From IMG/VR virus record IMGVR_UViG_3300011008_000008: 64,000 nt of DNA. One strand, 5' to 3'. The translations under genes and the position numbers were made by a program. Shown here in pieces: positions 40,152 through 49,674 of the stretch (its first letter is position 1; every line of letters begins with the position of its first letter). Under the pieces are notes generated by a model. The model saw only the letters and a program-made list of their open reading frames with translations. It had not been told where the DNA came from and did no database searches. Source of the DNA: a virus (taxonomy: Duplodnaviria > Caudoviricetes).

Positions 40152-40919
40152 TCAGACCAGCCTCACAATCTTTTCATAGAGTATTTCAAATTTACCCATT
40201 ATGCTTCGATCAACGTGATAGTGCCCGCAAAACCATTTATCAAATGATATCTTATCAGCCAATAACCCATTGAAATACATTGTTAATGTATCCGGTTTAT
40301 ATAACCCCATAGAAAATATCGAAGCTACCTCCTGTGGCAAACAATGTGTAACTACATAATCAACAGTGTTATTATTTAATCGCAGGGTATCTAAGCCATG
40401 CTGCATTTCCTCTTCGCTTGGCAGCTCTTGCTTCCACCAGGACACATGATTTACTCGAAACATCTTTCCGGTTATTGACATTCTGCGATATACACGCTTG
40501 AACTCCTGTTCATCTTTATAATCATCGACATTCAGTATTCCATCTTTAATATCATGTGAGCTTGCGCCTCCAAATGCAAAGAACTTTTTCCCTTGAATAT
40601 TGAACGCTTCACCACGTTTTAGGTGCAATACACTCTCTCTAATTTGTTGTGCTTTGCCTCCACAGTAGTCGATCTCCTGGAATTCATCGTTATAATACCT
40701 GTCAAAGTTTTCATGATTCCCATCAACATACAAAACTGTGAATGGCTTATCATTGAGCCAGTCGAGCCAGTATCTTTCTTCGGGCGTATCATTCCATACA
40801 CCACCGAAGTCGCCGCAGATAATAACACAATCATCCTTGGTCATTCCCTTCTGATCAGGAAAATTACGTATTGAAAAACGTTGAAATACCGCATGAGTAT
40901 CGCCAGTAATATAAATCAT
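40152..40919 (-). CDS. Calcineurin-like metallophosphoesterase
   Basis: GDTH, GDFG, GNHE and GHYH motifs. Confidence 0.92.
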   Translation of the reverse strand: MIYITGDTHAVFQRFSIRNFPDQKGMTKDDCVIICGDFGGVWNDTPEERYWLDWLNDKPFTVLYVDGNHENFDRYYNDEFQEIDYCGGKAQQIRESVLHLKRGEAFNIQGKKFFAFGGASSHDIKDGILNVDDYKDEQEFKRVYRRMSITGKMFRVNHVSWWKQELPSEEEMQHGLDTLRLNNNTVDYVVTHCLPQEVASIFSMGLYKPDTLTMYFNGLLADKISFDKWFCGHYHVDRSIMGKFEILYEKIVRLV

Positions 40920-40985
40920 TCATGTCTCCCTCAAATAATGAGGGGAGGATACTATTTCCTCTTATCCTCCCCATCACTAAGTAAT

Positions 40986-41693
40986 TTACTTTAGGTCATC
41001 CTCAGACATTCTGCTTTCGCGCAGCGCCCTAAGAAATGCTTCTTTCTGAATCTCAATCAGTTCTTCCCTGGCCTGTTCTTCAAGCTCCTGAATCTGCTTT
41101 GCGCGTCGTTCATCACGCTTGCGCTTCTTCTCTGCCAGCTTCGCAGCCTTAGCTTCCTGAGCCTTGGCTTCCTCAATAAGCTTCTTCTCGTACTCGATCT
41201 TATAATCACGGAGCTTCTGGGCCTTGCGCACAAGCTTGTTATAAGTCGCGCTACCCATGTTGTCAGTCAGCTTATCAAGCAGCTTCTTGATAATGCAGAT
41301 CGTAACACCATGCTCAAAACTGAAAACATCGCCCTCTCGCCTTGCAGCACTGGTAGACGTACCATCGGCAAAGTCAAGATAGATAGCGCAGGGATTACCA
41401 TCAGCATCTTCATACTCTCGGACATCTACAATATTGGGCATTACGTTGAACTGTCCGACATACCGACCATCCTTATACTTCTGAATCCAAGTCGTACCAC
41501 TCTTGCTTTCGACCATCTTACTCTTTGTCATTGTAGATTCAGTCTTAACATTGTTGTTGCCAATCGTAATACTTGACACTGTATCTACGATAACGTCAGC
41601 AATATCGGCAACACTACTATACATATTCGCATTGTTCAAAATAGAGCTATTAAGCACATCCATATTATTCTTTTCCTCCATCAATGTATGCAT
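40986..41693 (-). CDS. Hypothetical coiled-coil protein
   Basis: Long ORF; GGAGG RBS before the internal MDVL start. Confidence 0.6.
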   Translation of the reverse strand: MHTLMEEKNNMDVLNSSILNNANMYSSVADIADVIVDTVSSITIGNNNVKTESTMTKSKMVESKSGTTWIQKYKDGRYVGQFNVMPNIVDVREYEDADGNPCAIYLDFADGTSTSAARREGDVFSFEHGVTICIIKKLLDKLTDNMGSATYNKLVRKAQKLRDYKIEYEKKLIEEAKAQEAKAAKLAEKKRKRDERRAKQIQELEEQAREELIEIQKEAFLRALRESRMSEDDLK

Positions 41694-41738
41694 GATATTT
41701 TGTTATTATATTATAATCGCACATGGCGTTATTAAATT

Positions 41739-41823
41739 TGGTGTCGATGAAGGGATTTGAACCCTTATGCCTCTCGACAACGCATTTTGAGAGCGCCGCG
41801 TCTGCCGGTTGCGCCACATCGAC
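41739..41823 (-). tRNA. tRNA-Leu(CAA)
   Basis: Cloverleaf, loop CTCAAAA, long variable arm, CCA. Confidence 0.85.
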
Positions 41824-41970
41824 ATATATGTAAAACGGTTATTTGAGCTACCGTAAAACTCAACCTTTACCCTACCAAGGAAATTGCCAAAGCAATCATT
41901 TGCCGGAATCGAACCGAAACTCTGTAAGCATACCAATCCTCGGTCAACGAGCAGAATCGAACTGCACTGC

Positions 41971-42078
41971 TGGTTTGTGGATATGGATTTGCACCATACA
42001 TGAGTTTTCCTTCCGCTATCGTCAAACGGTCAACATCACTTTTAAATAGCATAGCGTCTACCTATTCCGCCACCACAA
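41971..42078 (-). ncRNA. tRNA-like RNA with non-canonical anticodon region
   Basis: Leu-type D arm GGCGGAATAGGTAGACGC, T arm TATGG-TGCAAAT-CCATA, TTGTGG/CCACAA stem and ACCA end. Confidence 0.55.
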
Positions 42079-42091
42079 TACCATTTTGAAT

Positions 42092-42613
42092 TTATATTGG
42101 TTCTCCATTCTCCAGCATGTGATTGTTTACATCATCAATAAACTGTGCAAACTCATTTGCCTCATCCACATCCAGCCAGAAACGATATCCTTTATACGTG
42201 TAGTTGCTCCATACCGAAAAACAAATATTATCTTTATATGTCAAAGGAGGATTTTTTCGATAATACTTTAATTCCCAGATAGAACCTTCCTGACCGCATG
42301 AAAGGCATTCGCCATCTTCCTCATTCTGCAAACAGTGTCTTATCAATAAAGCGAGGTCTAATACTGCGGAGCATTCATCACAGCGCATATGTATTACTTC
42401 TTCCCCTGGATGTGCGTCTGTAACTTCCTCTATGCTCCACGAATAATACACTTTATAGACTTCTTCAAAGGTCTTAGGCGGCTCATCTCTAAACCCATGC
42501 ATGTGTGATTCTTTGGGATAAAACACAAAGTTTAAATCATATGGATATTTGCGCCATACATCTGGGTTAGGGTCTCTGTGTTTTAAATTGAAAACCATTC
42601 TATCTTGTTTCAT
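42092..42613 (-). CDS. Hypothetical protein
   Basis: 173-aa ORF within the tRNA region. Confidence 0.6.
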   Translation of the reverse strand: MKQDRMVFNLKHRDPNPDVWRKYPYDLNFVFYPKESHMHGFRDEPPKTFEEVYKVYYSWSIEEVTDAHPGEEVIHMRCDECSAVLDLALLIRHCLQNEEDGECLSCGQEGSIWELKYYRKNPPLTYKDNICFSVWSNYTYKGYRFWLDVDEANEFAQFIDDVNNHMLENGEPI

Positions 42614-42639
42614 TTTGATCTACTTTCTTTATGTCGAAA

Positions 42640-43068
42640 ACTATACCACAGCAAACGCTATGACTTGTCATTAATCAAGTAGTTGTTACTCTCCGGCCTA
42701 AACATATTCAGAGATTTGCCGGAACCACACCACGCTTTTCTATTGCGTCTCCCTTGACTATTCGCCTCACAAATTCTTGACTGCTGACAAGCTATAGCAT
42801 CTTGGCACATTTCAGCCAGTGCGCGTGTCATTAACGTCGCTGCCGATCATTACAGTAAGAGGAACTGGCTATCCTGCGGTGATCATGCGCTGGATCTCTA
42901 AGCTGCACTTCACCATCCCAATGTAAGTAACAATGTCCTTCCCAGAATGCGGCCACGGTTACGGGCGGCGGCTCTTCTGGCATTGCGCCTCGCCTGAATG
43001 ACCAGGTGAGACTTCCCCATGAGATTCGGGCGGTTAAAGGATTTGTCGGGATATATCATTTCACCCGA
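42640..43068 (-). ncRNA. Candidate large structured ncRNA
   Basis: About 430 nt, essentially ORF-free, GC-elevated, several hairpins, directly 3' of tRNA-Pro. Confidence 0.45.
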
Positions 43069-43145
43069 TGGTCTAAGTGGCGGGATTTGAACCCGCGACC
43101 CCTTGATCCCAAATCAAGGACGCTACCAAACTGCGCTACACTTAG
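43069..43145 (-). tRNA. tRNA-Pro(TGG)
   Basis: CTTGA-TTTGGGA-TCAAG anticodon arm; CCA. Confidence 0.93.
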
Positions 43146-43520
43146 TTATTTCAATTCAAGTTTGGGTAATTCTATCTTCCCATTCTTCACCATTTCATAG
43201 TATTTTAAATACTGTTTATCAACAAGAACTAAATCATTTACCATATCCTCAACAATACATTTATCTTTTATATAGTCTGAATACTGCAGTGCTAATTTAT
43301 CTGCAGCTTTATCAGCATCCGTCTTATATGTAAAACCACCATATGAAGATAATATTTTGTCAACACGGTTTCCGCAATGTATACATACATAAGGTTCAAC
43401 TATGCGAACTTCATAACCTGAATCACCATTAGGCGAATAATATTTCTTGGTGCAAGTAAACCACGGAAAGTCTTTATACTTGTGTACACATTCTTTAGCT
43501 TTCTTGTTCTTGCCAAACAT
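43146..43520 (-). CDS. Hypothetical protein
   Basis: AAGGTG RBS; C.H...C..C motif. Confidence 0.55.
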   Translation of the reverse strand: MFGKNKKAKECVHKYKDFPWFTCTKKYYSPNGDSGYEVRIVEPYVCIHCGNRVDKILSSYGGFTYKTDADKAADKLALQYSDYIKDKCIVEDMVNDLVLVDKQYLKYYEMVKNGKIELPKLELK

Positions 43521-43553
43521 TCTTTATCACCTTGGTTTATTTATTTGGGACAA

Positions 43554-43631
43554 TGGAGGATATGACGAGGCTCGAACTCGCAACTCCTGGGTGGAAGCCA
43601 GGTATGTTATCCAATTAAACACCACATATCC
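43554..43631 (-). tRNA. tRNA-Gly(TCC)
   Basis: CCTGG-CTTCCAC-CCAGG anticodon arm; U73; CCA. Confidence 0.88.
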
Positions 43632-43634
43632 ATT

Positions 43635-44030
43635 ACTTGCCTACATAGCAGCTACGAGGACAACCGAAGGTCAATCTGATCTCAATACCAAACCTTTTAT
43701 CGTAGATTTGTGTATTCGATTACCAATAATGATTGATCAATAATGAGTATTATTTCCCTGCGCACAACATATATCGATATTCAATCTTATTCTTAAATGT
43801 CGGGCGGTCTTAGGGTAATCAATATTCTTTATTCAAATCATTCAGGTATTCAATTTTCGATATTCAATAGCTTTCTTCTTGCCGCACAGTATGTGAACTG
43901 TACCAATATTATAAAATAAGCTTTAAATATCTCTTATTGTTACCGTCTTTTTTATTATTTTTACATCTACCTTGACGGCAAAGAAAGTCAGATGGAGATC
44001 AGGTTTTCGGCTTTCGCTATGGAGGCAAGC
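43635..44030 (-). ncRNA. Candidate 396-nt ncRNA closed by long terminal stems
   Basis: Three nested end-to-end pairings around a GAAU-repeat-rich interior. Confidence 0.6.
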
Positions 44031-44040
44031 GCTTTAACGC

Positions 44041-44697
44041 TTAGTATTCAATCGTAAGCGTGGTAGTCGCGTTTGCCACCTGAATAGCGGCATCAACATT
44101 TGCTTCAAACTCGGCAATGCTCTTGTCGAGATCAGCAATGATCTTGCGGATATTCAAGGGGTCAACCAGCTCCAAAGCATGTGCTGCCTTGTAATCCTCG
44201 ACGCCCTTCAGGAAATCGTCGTTGTTCGCCTTGTCCTTATTGCCATGAATAGCGGTCATGGCAGCTTCAGCACGACGATTGAGATCATCGCCATTGGCGC
44301 GTTCGATCTGGGCGGTGGCCTTTCTGAGCATTTCAGAATAGCGCGTCACCAGATTCTTTTCCTCCGCCATGCCATAGTTCATTTCCCAAATGGCCTGGGC
44401 GATGGTGTACTTGCGTCCGCACACATCAATGATCTTGCAGGCATTGTACTGGTTGATTGCAGCCTTAATGCCACGCTGACGCTTGATGAGATCTGTCGCG
44501 GAATCGTGGGTGCTCTGCGCGAGCGTCTTAAACTCGCTGACGGAAATGCCATCCACATTATTGGACTTGGCTTCCTTGGTAGAGATGGGCTTGGTTTCGC
44601 TGATCGCCTTCGGGATGCGCTTGTTCAGCGTCTTTAGCTCGCAAAGCGCCTGGTGAACGGTCATTTCCTCGCGTACAGTAGTATTCGTGTTTGCCAT
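44041..44697 (-). CDS. Helical protein, DIP1984-like
   Basis: MT..QAL.ELK...KRI N-terminus and D.AIQ.ANA.T C-terminus; AAGGAG RBS. Confidence 0.6.
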   Translation of the reverse strand: MANTNTTVREEMTVHQALCELKTLNKRIPKAISETKPISTKEAKSNNVDGISVSEFKTLAQSTHDSATDLIKRQRGIKAAINQYNACKIIDVCGRKYTIAQAIWEMNYGMAEEKNLVTRYSEMLRKATAQIERANGDDLNRRAEAAMTAIHGNKDKANNDDFLKGVEDYKAAHALELVDPLNIRKIIADLDKSIAEFEANVDAAIQVANATTTLTIEY

Positions 44698-44729
44698 AGT
44701 GATGATCTCCTTTTTATTAAATATTTTTG

Positions 44730-44817
44730 TGGTCGCCCTACCGAGACTCGAACTCGGAGCGTTTCTATTGTGTCGCATTTTAAGTGCGATGTGTCTCACC
44801 AATTGCACCATAGGGCG
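44730..44817 (-). tRNA. tRNA-Leu(TAA)
   Basis: TCGCA-CTTAAAA-TGCGA anticodon arm; CCA. Confidence 0.88.
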
Positions 44818-44826
44818 ATATTATAT

Positions 44827-45171
44827 CTACCTATTAGATAATTCACGTCGTAAGTAGTAATCATATCTTCGCTTGACTTCAAGTAGAGGATCTTTGCGAT
44901 TCGTATCGTTTGGCCTTAATTCAAACCTTGCATCATCCAAACGTCCATAGCGCTTTGTCGTTCCACCTTGTAAACTGCCAACAGGATTTTTTAGCTGATG
45001 AACTGCAATTATGTCATCTGTATTGTATACTTCCTTTGGATTTTCAGTAACATACTTCAACGCATCCTTGGACGGATTCTTACAACCAGGATTGATATAC
45101 AGTTTAAGAAATTCTTCTTTTGTATATTGATCACATCTTTTGTAGGTGTACCCTTCAGGAATATTCCGCAT
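44827..45171 (-). CDS. Hypothetical protein
   Basis: GGAGG RBS before MRNIPEG. Confidence 0.55.
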   Translation of the reverse strand: MRNIPEGYTYKRCDQYTKEEFLKLYINPGCKNPSKDALKYVTENPKEVYNTDDIIAVHQLKNPVGSLQGGTTKRYGRLDDARFELRPNDTNRKDPLLEVKRRYDYYLRRELSNR

Positions 45172-45213
45172 GTTATCCTCCAAGATTGTACTGTTTGTAA
45201 TTGTATTTCTGAA

Positions 45214-45303
45214 TCGATCAGGTTGGACTCGAACCAACGCATTGCCTTGTTAGGGCCTCCGGTTTATAAGACCTTGGCTACTTACCATCTGAGCTACTGA
45301 TCG
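45214..45303 (-). tRNA. Atypical tRNA with TAT anticodon (Ile?) and long variable arm
   Basis: CGATCAG/CTGATCG acceptor, loop CTTATAA, T arm GTTGG-TTCGAGT-CCAAC. Confidence 0.65.
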
Positions 45304-45308
45304 GAAAA

Positions 45309-45381
45309 AGCTTCCGGCAGGAATCGAACCTGTAGCCCTCGGATTACAAAACCGATGCTCTGCCAGTTGAGCTACGGAAGC
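45309..45381 (-). tRNA. tRNA-Thr(TGT)
   Basis: Cloverleaf with loop TTTGTAA. Confidence 0.9.
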
Positions 45382-45590
45382 ATGTGCATACTCATAACGA
45401 TCTAAAGTTTTGTATGCAGGTGATGATAACATATCCCCAAGCCACCATCAAAAAACTTTTCAGGGTCAGTCCAGTCGGGATTTTGGTAGGACTTTATTAC
45501 GCGGATTCCAACCGCAACCTTCGGAGTTGTTCTGATTTGTCATTCTCTGTAAGTTTTCATCTCACATCATCCAGCCACTTTGACTGGCAC

Positions 45591-45665
45591 TGGTGGAGAA
45601 TAAGGGACTTGAACCCTCAACCCCATGCTTGCAAAGCATGTGCGCTACCATTGCGCCAATTCCCC
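45591..45665 (-). tRNA. tRNA-Ala(TGC)
   Basis: CATGC-TTTGCAA-GCATG anticodon arm; CCA. Confidence 0.92.
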
Positions 45666-45672
45666 ATACTGT

Positions 45673-46410
45673 TTACAAATTGCTCCATTCGTCATCAGAT
45701 AATTTCTTAATGCTGCGTGATCTTGTTGGTAATCCATATTTGTTACACCATTTTCTAACCGCATTGTCTGAGACACCATATATCTCACCAATCCTTGTAA
45801 AAGGGTATTGTCTTATAAGCTTCTTTAGTGTATCTCTATCCACGCTCATTGTATCTTCTGCCAATAATCTATATTTCTTATTACAAGTCATACATCTAAT
45901 TGAATTTCTTGAAACTATCGCTCCACAATCGATGCAGTAATTCAATTTATGTAATTTATGTTTTCTATTTTTCCCATTCGTAGTATCAAGTTGGTAATTA
46001 CAATTTGGACATACCCATCTTAGATTATCTAATCTATTATCTTTATTATCACCGTTTATATGGTCAAGTATCATTATCAACGGTTTCCCATTCCAGAATG
46101 GTTCTTGCTCACATATGCTACATACATATTTTGAATAATTTCCTTTTCTAAACCATTCTCTTACTACTGACTGACAGGCTGTAGAGTTTTTTGTAAATAC
46201 GTTCTTTTCATTTCTCTTGGTTTTATTGATTTTTGAGAAATGGTCTACGTTTAATCCAAGCTCGTTTATTCTTTCTTTTAGCTTTTTGAATGAAGCGCCA
46301 GATGATGAATTATAACCAAGTTTCCGTAAACATTCTGCATAGCTATTACTATTCTTTATGATGAATGCGAAATCATCCTCTGAATATTGTTGCATAATAC
46401 TCTTTTCCAT
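45673..46410 (-). CDS. Free-standing HNH endonuclease
   Basis: C..C...LDHINGD..DNRLDNLRWVCPNC motif. Confidence 0.9.
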   Translation of the reverse strand: MEKSIMQQYSEDDFAFIIKNSNSYAECLRKLGYNSSSGASFKKLKERINELGLNVDHFSKINKTKRNEKNVFTKNSTACQSVVREWFRKGNYSKYVCSICEQEPFWNGKPLIMILDHINGDNKDNRLDNLRWVCPNCNYQLDTTNGKNRKHKLHKLNYCIDCGAIVSRNSIRCMTCNKKYRLLAEDTMSVDRDTLKKLIRQYPFTRIGEIYGVSDNAVRKWCNKYGLPTRSRSIKKLSDDEWSNL

Positions 46411-46426
46411 TTTTCACCTTTTCTCA

Positions 46427-46499
46427 TACTGCCAGCGGGGATCGAACCCGCATCTTCAGATTGAAGGTCTGAAATCCTGACCGTTTAGACGATGGCAGC
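46427..46499 (-). tRNA. tRNA-Glu(TTC)
   Basis: TCAGA-CCTTCAA-TCTGA anticodon arm (C at position 33). Confidence 0.8.
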
Positions 46500-46502
46500 A
46501 TA

Positions 46503-46608
46503 TTTGTGGAATGTGAGGGATTTGAACCCTGTTCGAGCATTTTGCAGCCCACTTCCGAATCACCTTGCGGTTTACCTCGTCCACTCCCCTGATGTGGCAG
46601 CACATTCC
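46503..46608 (-). ncRNA. tRNA-like RNA (GGAATGTG...CACATTCC-ACAA)
   Basis: 8-bp acceptor and 4-bp T stem with TTCAAAT loop; non-canonical interior. Confidence 0.6.
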
Positions 46609-46616
46609 AAATTGTT

Positions 46617-46693
46617 TGGCACACCAGAAGGGAATCGAACCCCTAACCTCAGACTTAGAAGGACTGCGCTCTATCCGATTGAGCTACTGGTGC
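46617..46693 (-). tRNA. tRNA-Arg(TCT)
   Basis: Loop CTTCTAA; CCA. Confidence 0.92.
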
Positions 46694-46709
46694 ATACCAT
46701 AAAGAAACA

Positions 46710-46928
46710 TCAATAATCAACCCTGTACTCACCATTGATTAATCGTTCGGCCATTTCTTTGGCATCTGCTATTCCGGCTGATCTGCCAAGCATCGTATAA
46801 TATGTAGCATCTTTGCCATTCTCAGCTTCATGCTTCTTGCACATCTCATATTCTTTAACCCACGCCTCATTCAATTCGTAGAGGAAATTCTGTGCATCCA
46901 ACCATTGCGCAGTTCTCTTGCTTGCCAT
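46710..46928 (-). CDS. Hypothetical protein
   Basis: GGAGGG RBS. Confidence 0.55.
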   Translation of the reverse strand: MASKRTAQWLDAQNFLYELNEAWVKEYEMCKKHEAENGKDATYYTMLGRSAGIADAKEMAERLINGEYRVDY

Positions 46929-46965
46929 TGATCATCCCTCCATTGCTTCTTGTCGTTGATTGTAG

Positions 46966-47047
46966 TGTGGGTAGTGGGACTCGAACCCACAAGCCTTGCG
47001 GCACTGGAACCTAAATCCAGGGCGTTTCCCAATTTCGCCATACCCAC
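46966..47047 (-). tRNA. tRNA-Leu(TAG)
   Basis: CTGGA-TTTAGGT-TCCAG anticodon arm; long variable arm. Confidence 0.92.
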
Positions 47048-47099
47048 AAATCATGCTGTTCTCCAATTGCTTCTTTGTCTTATTTTATGATCTATAGTA

Positions 47100-47445
47100 T
47101 TGGCGGAAATCAAACACTCTGATATAACCTTCTTAAAATATGTAAGTAGAAGGAAGAATGTTTCAGCCGCCAAAGACAACTGGTGGAAATCGGTAATCCG
47201 AAATTCGATTAATAATCTGTTGCTCTGCCGATTGAGCTACACCCCGAACTTCAGGGCGGCGGGACTCGAACCCGTAACACACAGCCCCAATTATTAGAAG
47301 GATGAATTTCGCAGCCGATCGCTTGATCACATCGGTATTTGTCAATACTTTTTGCTCTTATTTTATAAATATTTTTTTCGGAAATCAGCCGCCCTATATA
47401 ATGATTCAAACATATTAGAAGGAAGGGCGGCACAGCCGAAGAAAA
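47100..47445 (-). ncRNA. Three Y-RNA-like repeats; the middle one contains a permuted tRNA module (YrlA-like)
   Basis: GGCTG-stem-TCCTTCTA-loop-stem-GATTTCC at 47105-168, 47185-316 and 47380-437. Confidence 0.75.
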
Positions 47446-47447
47446 TA

Positions 47448-49658
47448 CTATAGAAGTTTACCCATAAAGTAATCCGTATCAAACGCGGTTATAATCGATA
47501 CATCTCGTTCCTGATAGCCAACGATTTGCTTTCCGGTTTCTGTATCGTAAACAGGCTCAATAGGCTTCGTGGTATCATTGCTGAAAATGATATCCGCATC
47601 CTCCCTGTTATATACGAGACAGCCACGCGCAATTGCATTAAAGTATACCAGATCAAACAGATTGGGCTTATTGATATTGGCGATGGAATAAGCAACAGCC
47701 TGTACGCCGGTTAGGTTGTTTTCAATGTTATTGCTCATGGAAAAGCGATTCATTTCAATGGTCATATCCATCCAAATAAACTGTCTCTCCACGCAATCAA
47801 ACAACACGGGCACAGATACTACACTATCCGAATTTAATGTAATTGCCATGTTAACCGTCTTAGGCTCAAAAATCTCTCCAGAATCCGGCGCTTCCCTCTC
47901 CATCCAGCCAAATCTGCAATTCGGCAACTCTTTGAACCTCTGATGTGTAAAGTTATACACCTGATAGCAAATATATCTTCCGCCATTGCGCACGACGCTA
48001 TCAATGTCAACATCAATAAATTCTGCAACGCCCTTGCCATTTACATTGCCGCCGTTGGTTATATCGCCAGAATGGTATGCTTTATACTCACCGCTTCTAA
48101 GGCGCGTATATGAAATGTGGCTCTTATAATTGAACTTATCATCCAGAATACACGCAGTCAAGTCAATATCAACCCTGCCACATTTCTCATTTGTCCACCA
48201 GATAAAAGCTCTTACCGTCGTAGCATCTTCCTTGATCGGAACACGACTGCCACGCACAAGAATCTTATTGCCGCTGCTCGCGCTTCTCTGACTAAATGGC
48301 ACAATGTAATTCTGAAATTCAGGATCGACGTACACACAACCCATAGAATCACGCTGCTTATACTGATTGGTAATCGCATGGTTGCAAACGTTGATTACCC
48401 AAGCGCAGATTTCTTCATCAATATCAGCCAGATCATAAGGAATTGAAACCGCCTTTGCAACGCTTCCTTTCGGCATAAATACACGCACTTCTGGCGTTGA
48501 GGGCATTGCCTTATATCTCATAAGAAACTGCTGGCGCACTTGGAACAATACGGGTGTGGCCACTTTATCAGCCACAGCCTCAAAGCATTGCACAATGTAA
48601 TCACGATATTCAGGCTTCGCATCGCGCAAAAGCTTATCAAGCCTACGAGCAAATTCGCCGGGGCGCTCCGTAAGAATCGTTGCAGCAGTAACCATATCCC
48701 CCGCCTTGATGCTTTCCTCTGCCCTGCCCATAACGAACAGTGGTTTATGTTCATTTCTCAAAACCTGGAAAGCCTGTCGCACGGATTTATACTTAGCTTC
48801 GGTATACTCAAACGGATGTACAATCTCGCCAATGCGAATCCATTCGTCACGATACCGGAAGAGATCTTCAACGATGCCACTGCACTTCGCCAGTAGATTC
48901 ATTACCAATCTGCGCTCTGGCCTATGAAGATGCTTATATGTTGTCTTACTGGCAAGACTGATATCTCCGTCAGATATAGCGGTAATCAAACGCAGAACAT
49001 CTGTTGCAGTCTTAAAATACTTTGCAATGCATTCTCCATCAGATGTAGGGTTGATGGAAAGAACGTAATTGGCGATCATCGCTACATTCTCTTTTAGATG
49101 GATTTCATCTGGCATATGCTTTTCATAATCCGGATAGTCCAGCATGATCTGCTTGACATCTGCCTTATCTTGCTCGGAAAGAGAAGTCTTGCTTTTCAGT
49201 AGATTCGTGAAAATATCGTATATATCTTCGGTTGTCCCCAGCGTTAAAACAGTCATTTTATCGCCGTCTATGAGGGGCATACGGGCATTCTGAGCGTATT
49301 CTGGCGTCCATGTGCCCAAGGTAGCGTAGTGAAAAATGGCGTTCATAAACAGCTCTGCGTCGCTTGCAGAGGCTACCTGCTCCGGAAAATTAGGATACAT
49401 CGGCTTATACTCGACATCTGCAGCGCAAAGCTTTTGCAGCATAGGCAACAGCTCACGGTAAAAAGCAATTAGCTTAGGACGAGTATAGGTTTTTAAAACA
49501 TCCAATACAGAATCACCAAAGGTAAACCCAAGTGATTCAATATTCTTTGCAATTGCAATGACATATCGATAAATCTCAACGTCACCCTTATCTGCAAACG
49601 GAGTATCCATCGGTTCGATGTTCAACTTGTTCTTGCGCCTCAAAAGAATCTCGTTCAT
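47448..49658 (-). CDS. Helical (Ro/TROVE-like) protein with C-terminal TerD-like domain
   Basis: TATDVLR, RPGEFARRLD, WWTN...DIDLTA, HSGDIT and AEFIDVD motifs. Confidence 0.7.
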   Translation of the reverse strand: MNEILLRRKNKLNIEPMDTPFADKGDVEIYRYVIAIAKNIESLGFTFGDSVLDVLKTYTRPKLIAFYRELLPMLQKLCAADVEYKPMYPNFPEQVASASDAELFMNAIFHYATLGTWTPEYAQNARMPLIDGDKMTVLTLGTTEDIYDIFTNLLKSKTSLSEQDKADVKQIMLDYPDYEKHMPDEIHLKENVAMIANYVLSINPTSDGECIAKYFKTATDVLRLITAISDGDISLASKTTYKHLHRPERRLVMNLLAKCSGIVEDLFRYRDEWIRIGEIVHPFEYTEAKYKSVRQAFQVLRNEHKPLFVMGRAEESIKAGDMVTAATILTERPGEFARRLDKLLRDAKPEYRDYIVQCFEAVADKVATPVLFQVRQQFLMRYKAMPSTPEVRVFMPKGSVAKAVSIPYDLADIDEEICAWVINVCNHAITNQYKQRDSMGCVYVDPEFQNYIVPFSQRSASSGNKILVRGSRVPIKEDATTVRAFIWWTNEKCGRVDIDLTACILDDKFNYKSHISYTRLRSGEYKAYHSGDITNGGNVNGKGVAEFIDVDIDSVVRNGGRYICYQVYNFTHQRFKELPNCRFGWMEREAPDSGEIFEPKTVNMAITLNSDSVVSVPVLFDCVERQFIWMDMTIEMNRFSMSNNIENNLTGVQAVAYSIANINKPNLFDLVYFNAIARGCLVYNREDADIIFSNDTTKPIEPVYDTETGKQIVGYQERDVSIITAFDTDYFMGKLL

Positions 49659-49674
49659 TTTCTACCTCCATATT

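Noticed and set aside
46427-46499. UCA (opal suppressor) reading of tRNA-Glu
   Set aside because: The TCAGA/TCTGA stem centres TTC in a 7-nt loop; a TCA register breaks the stem.
47100-47445. CRISPR-like array
   Set aside because: The repeats are three short boxes with covarying stems, not identical direct repeats with spacers, and there is no cas operon.
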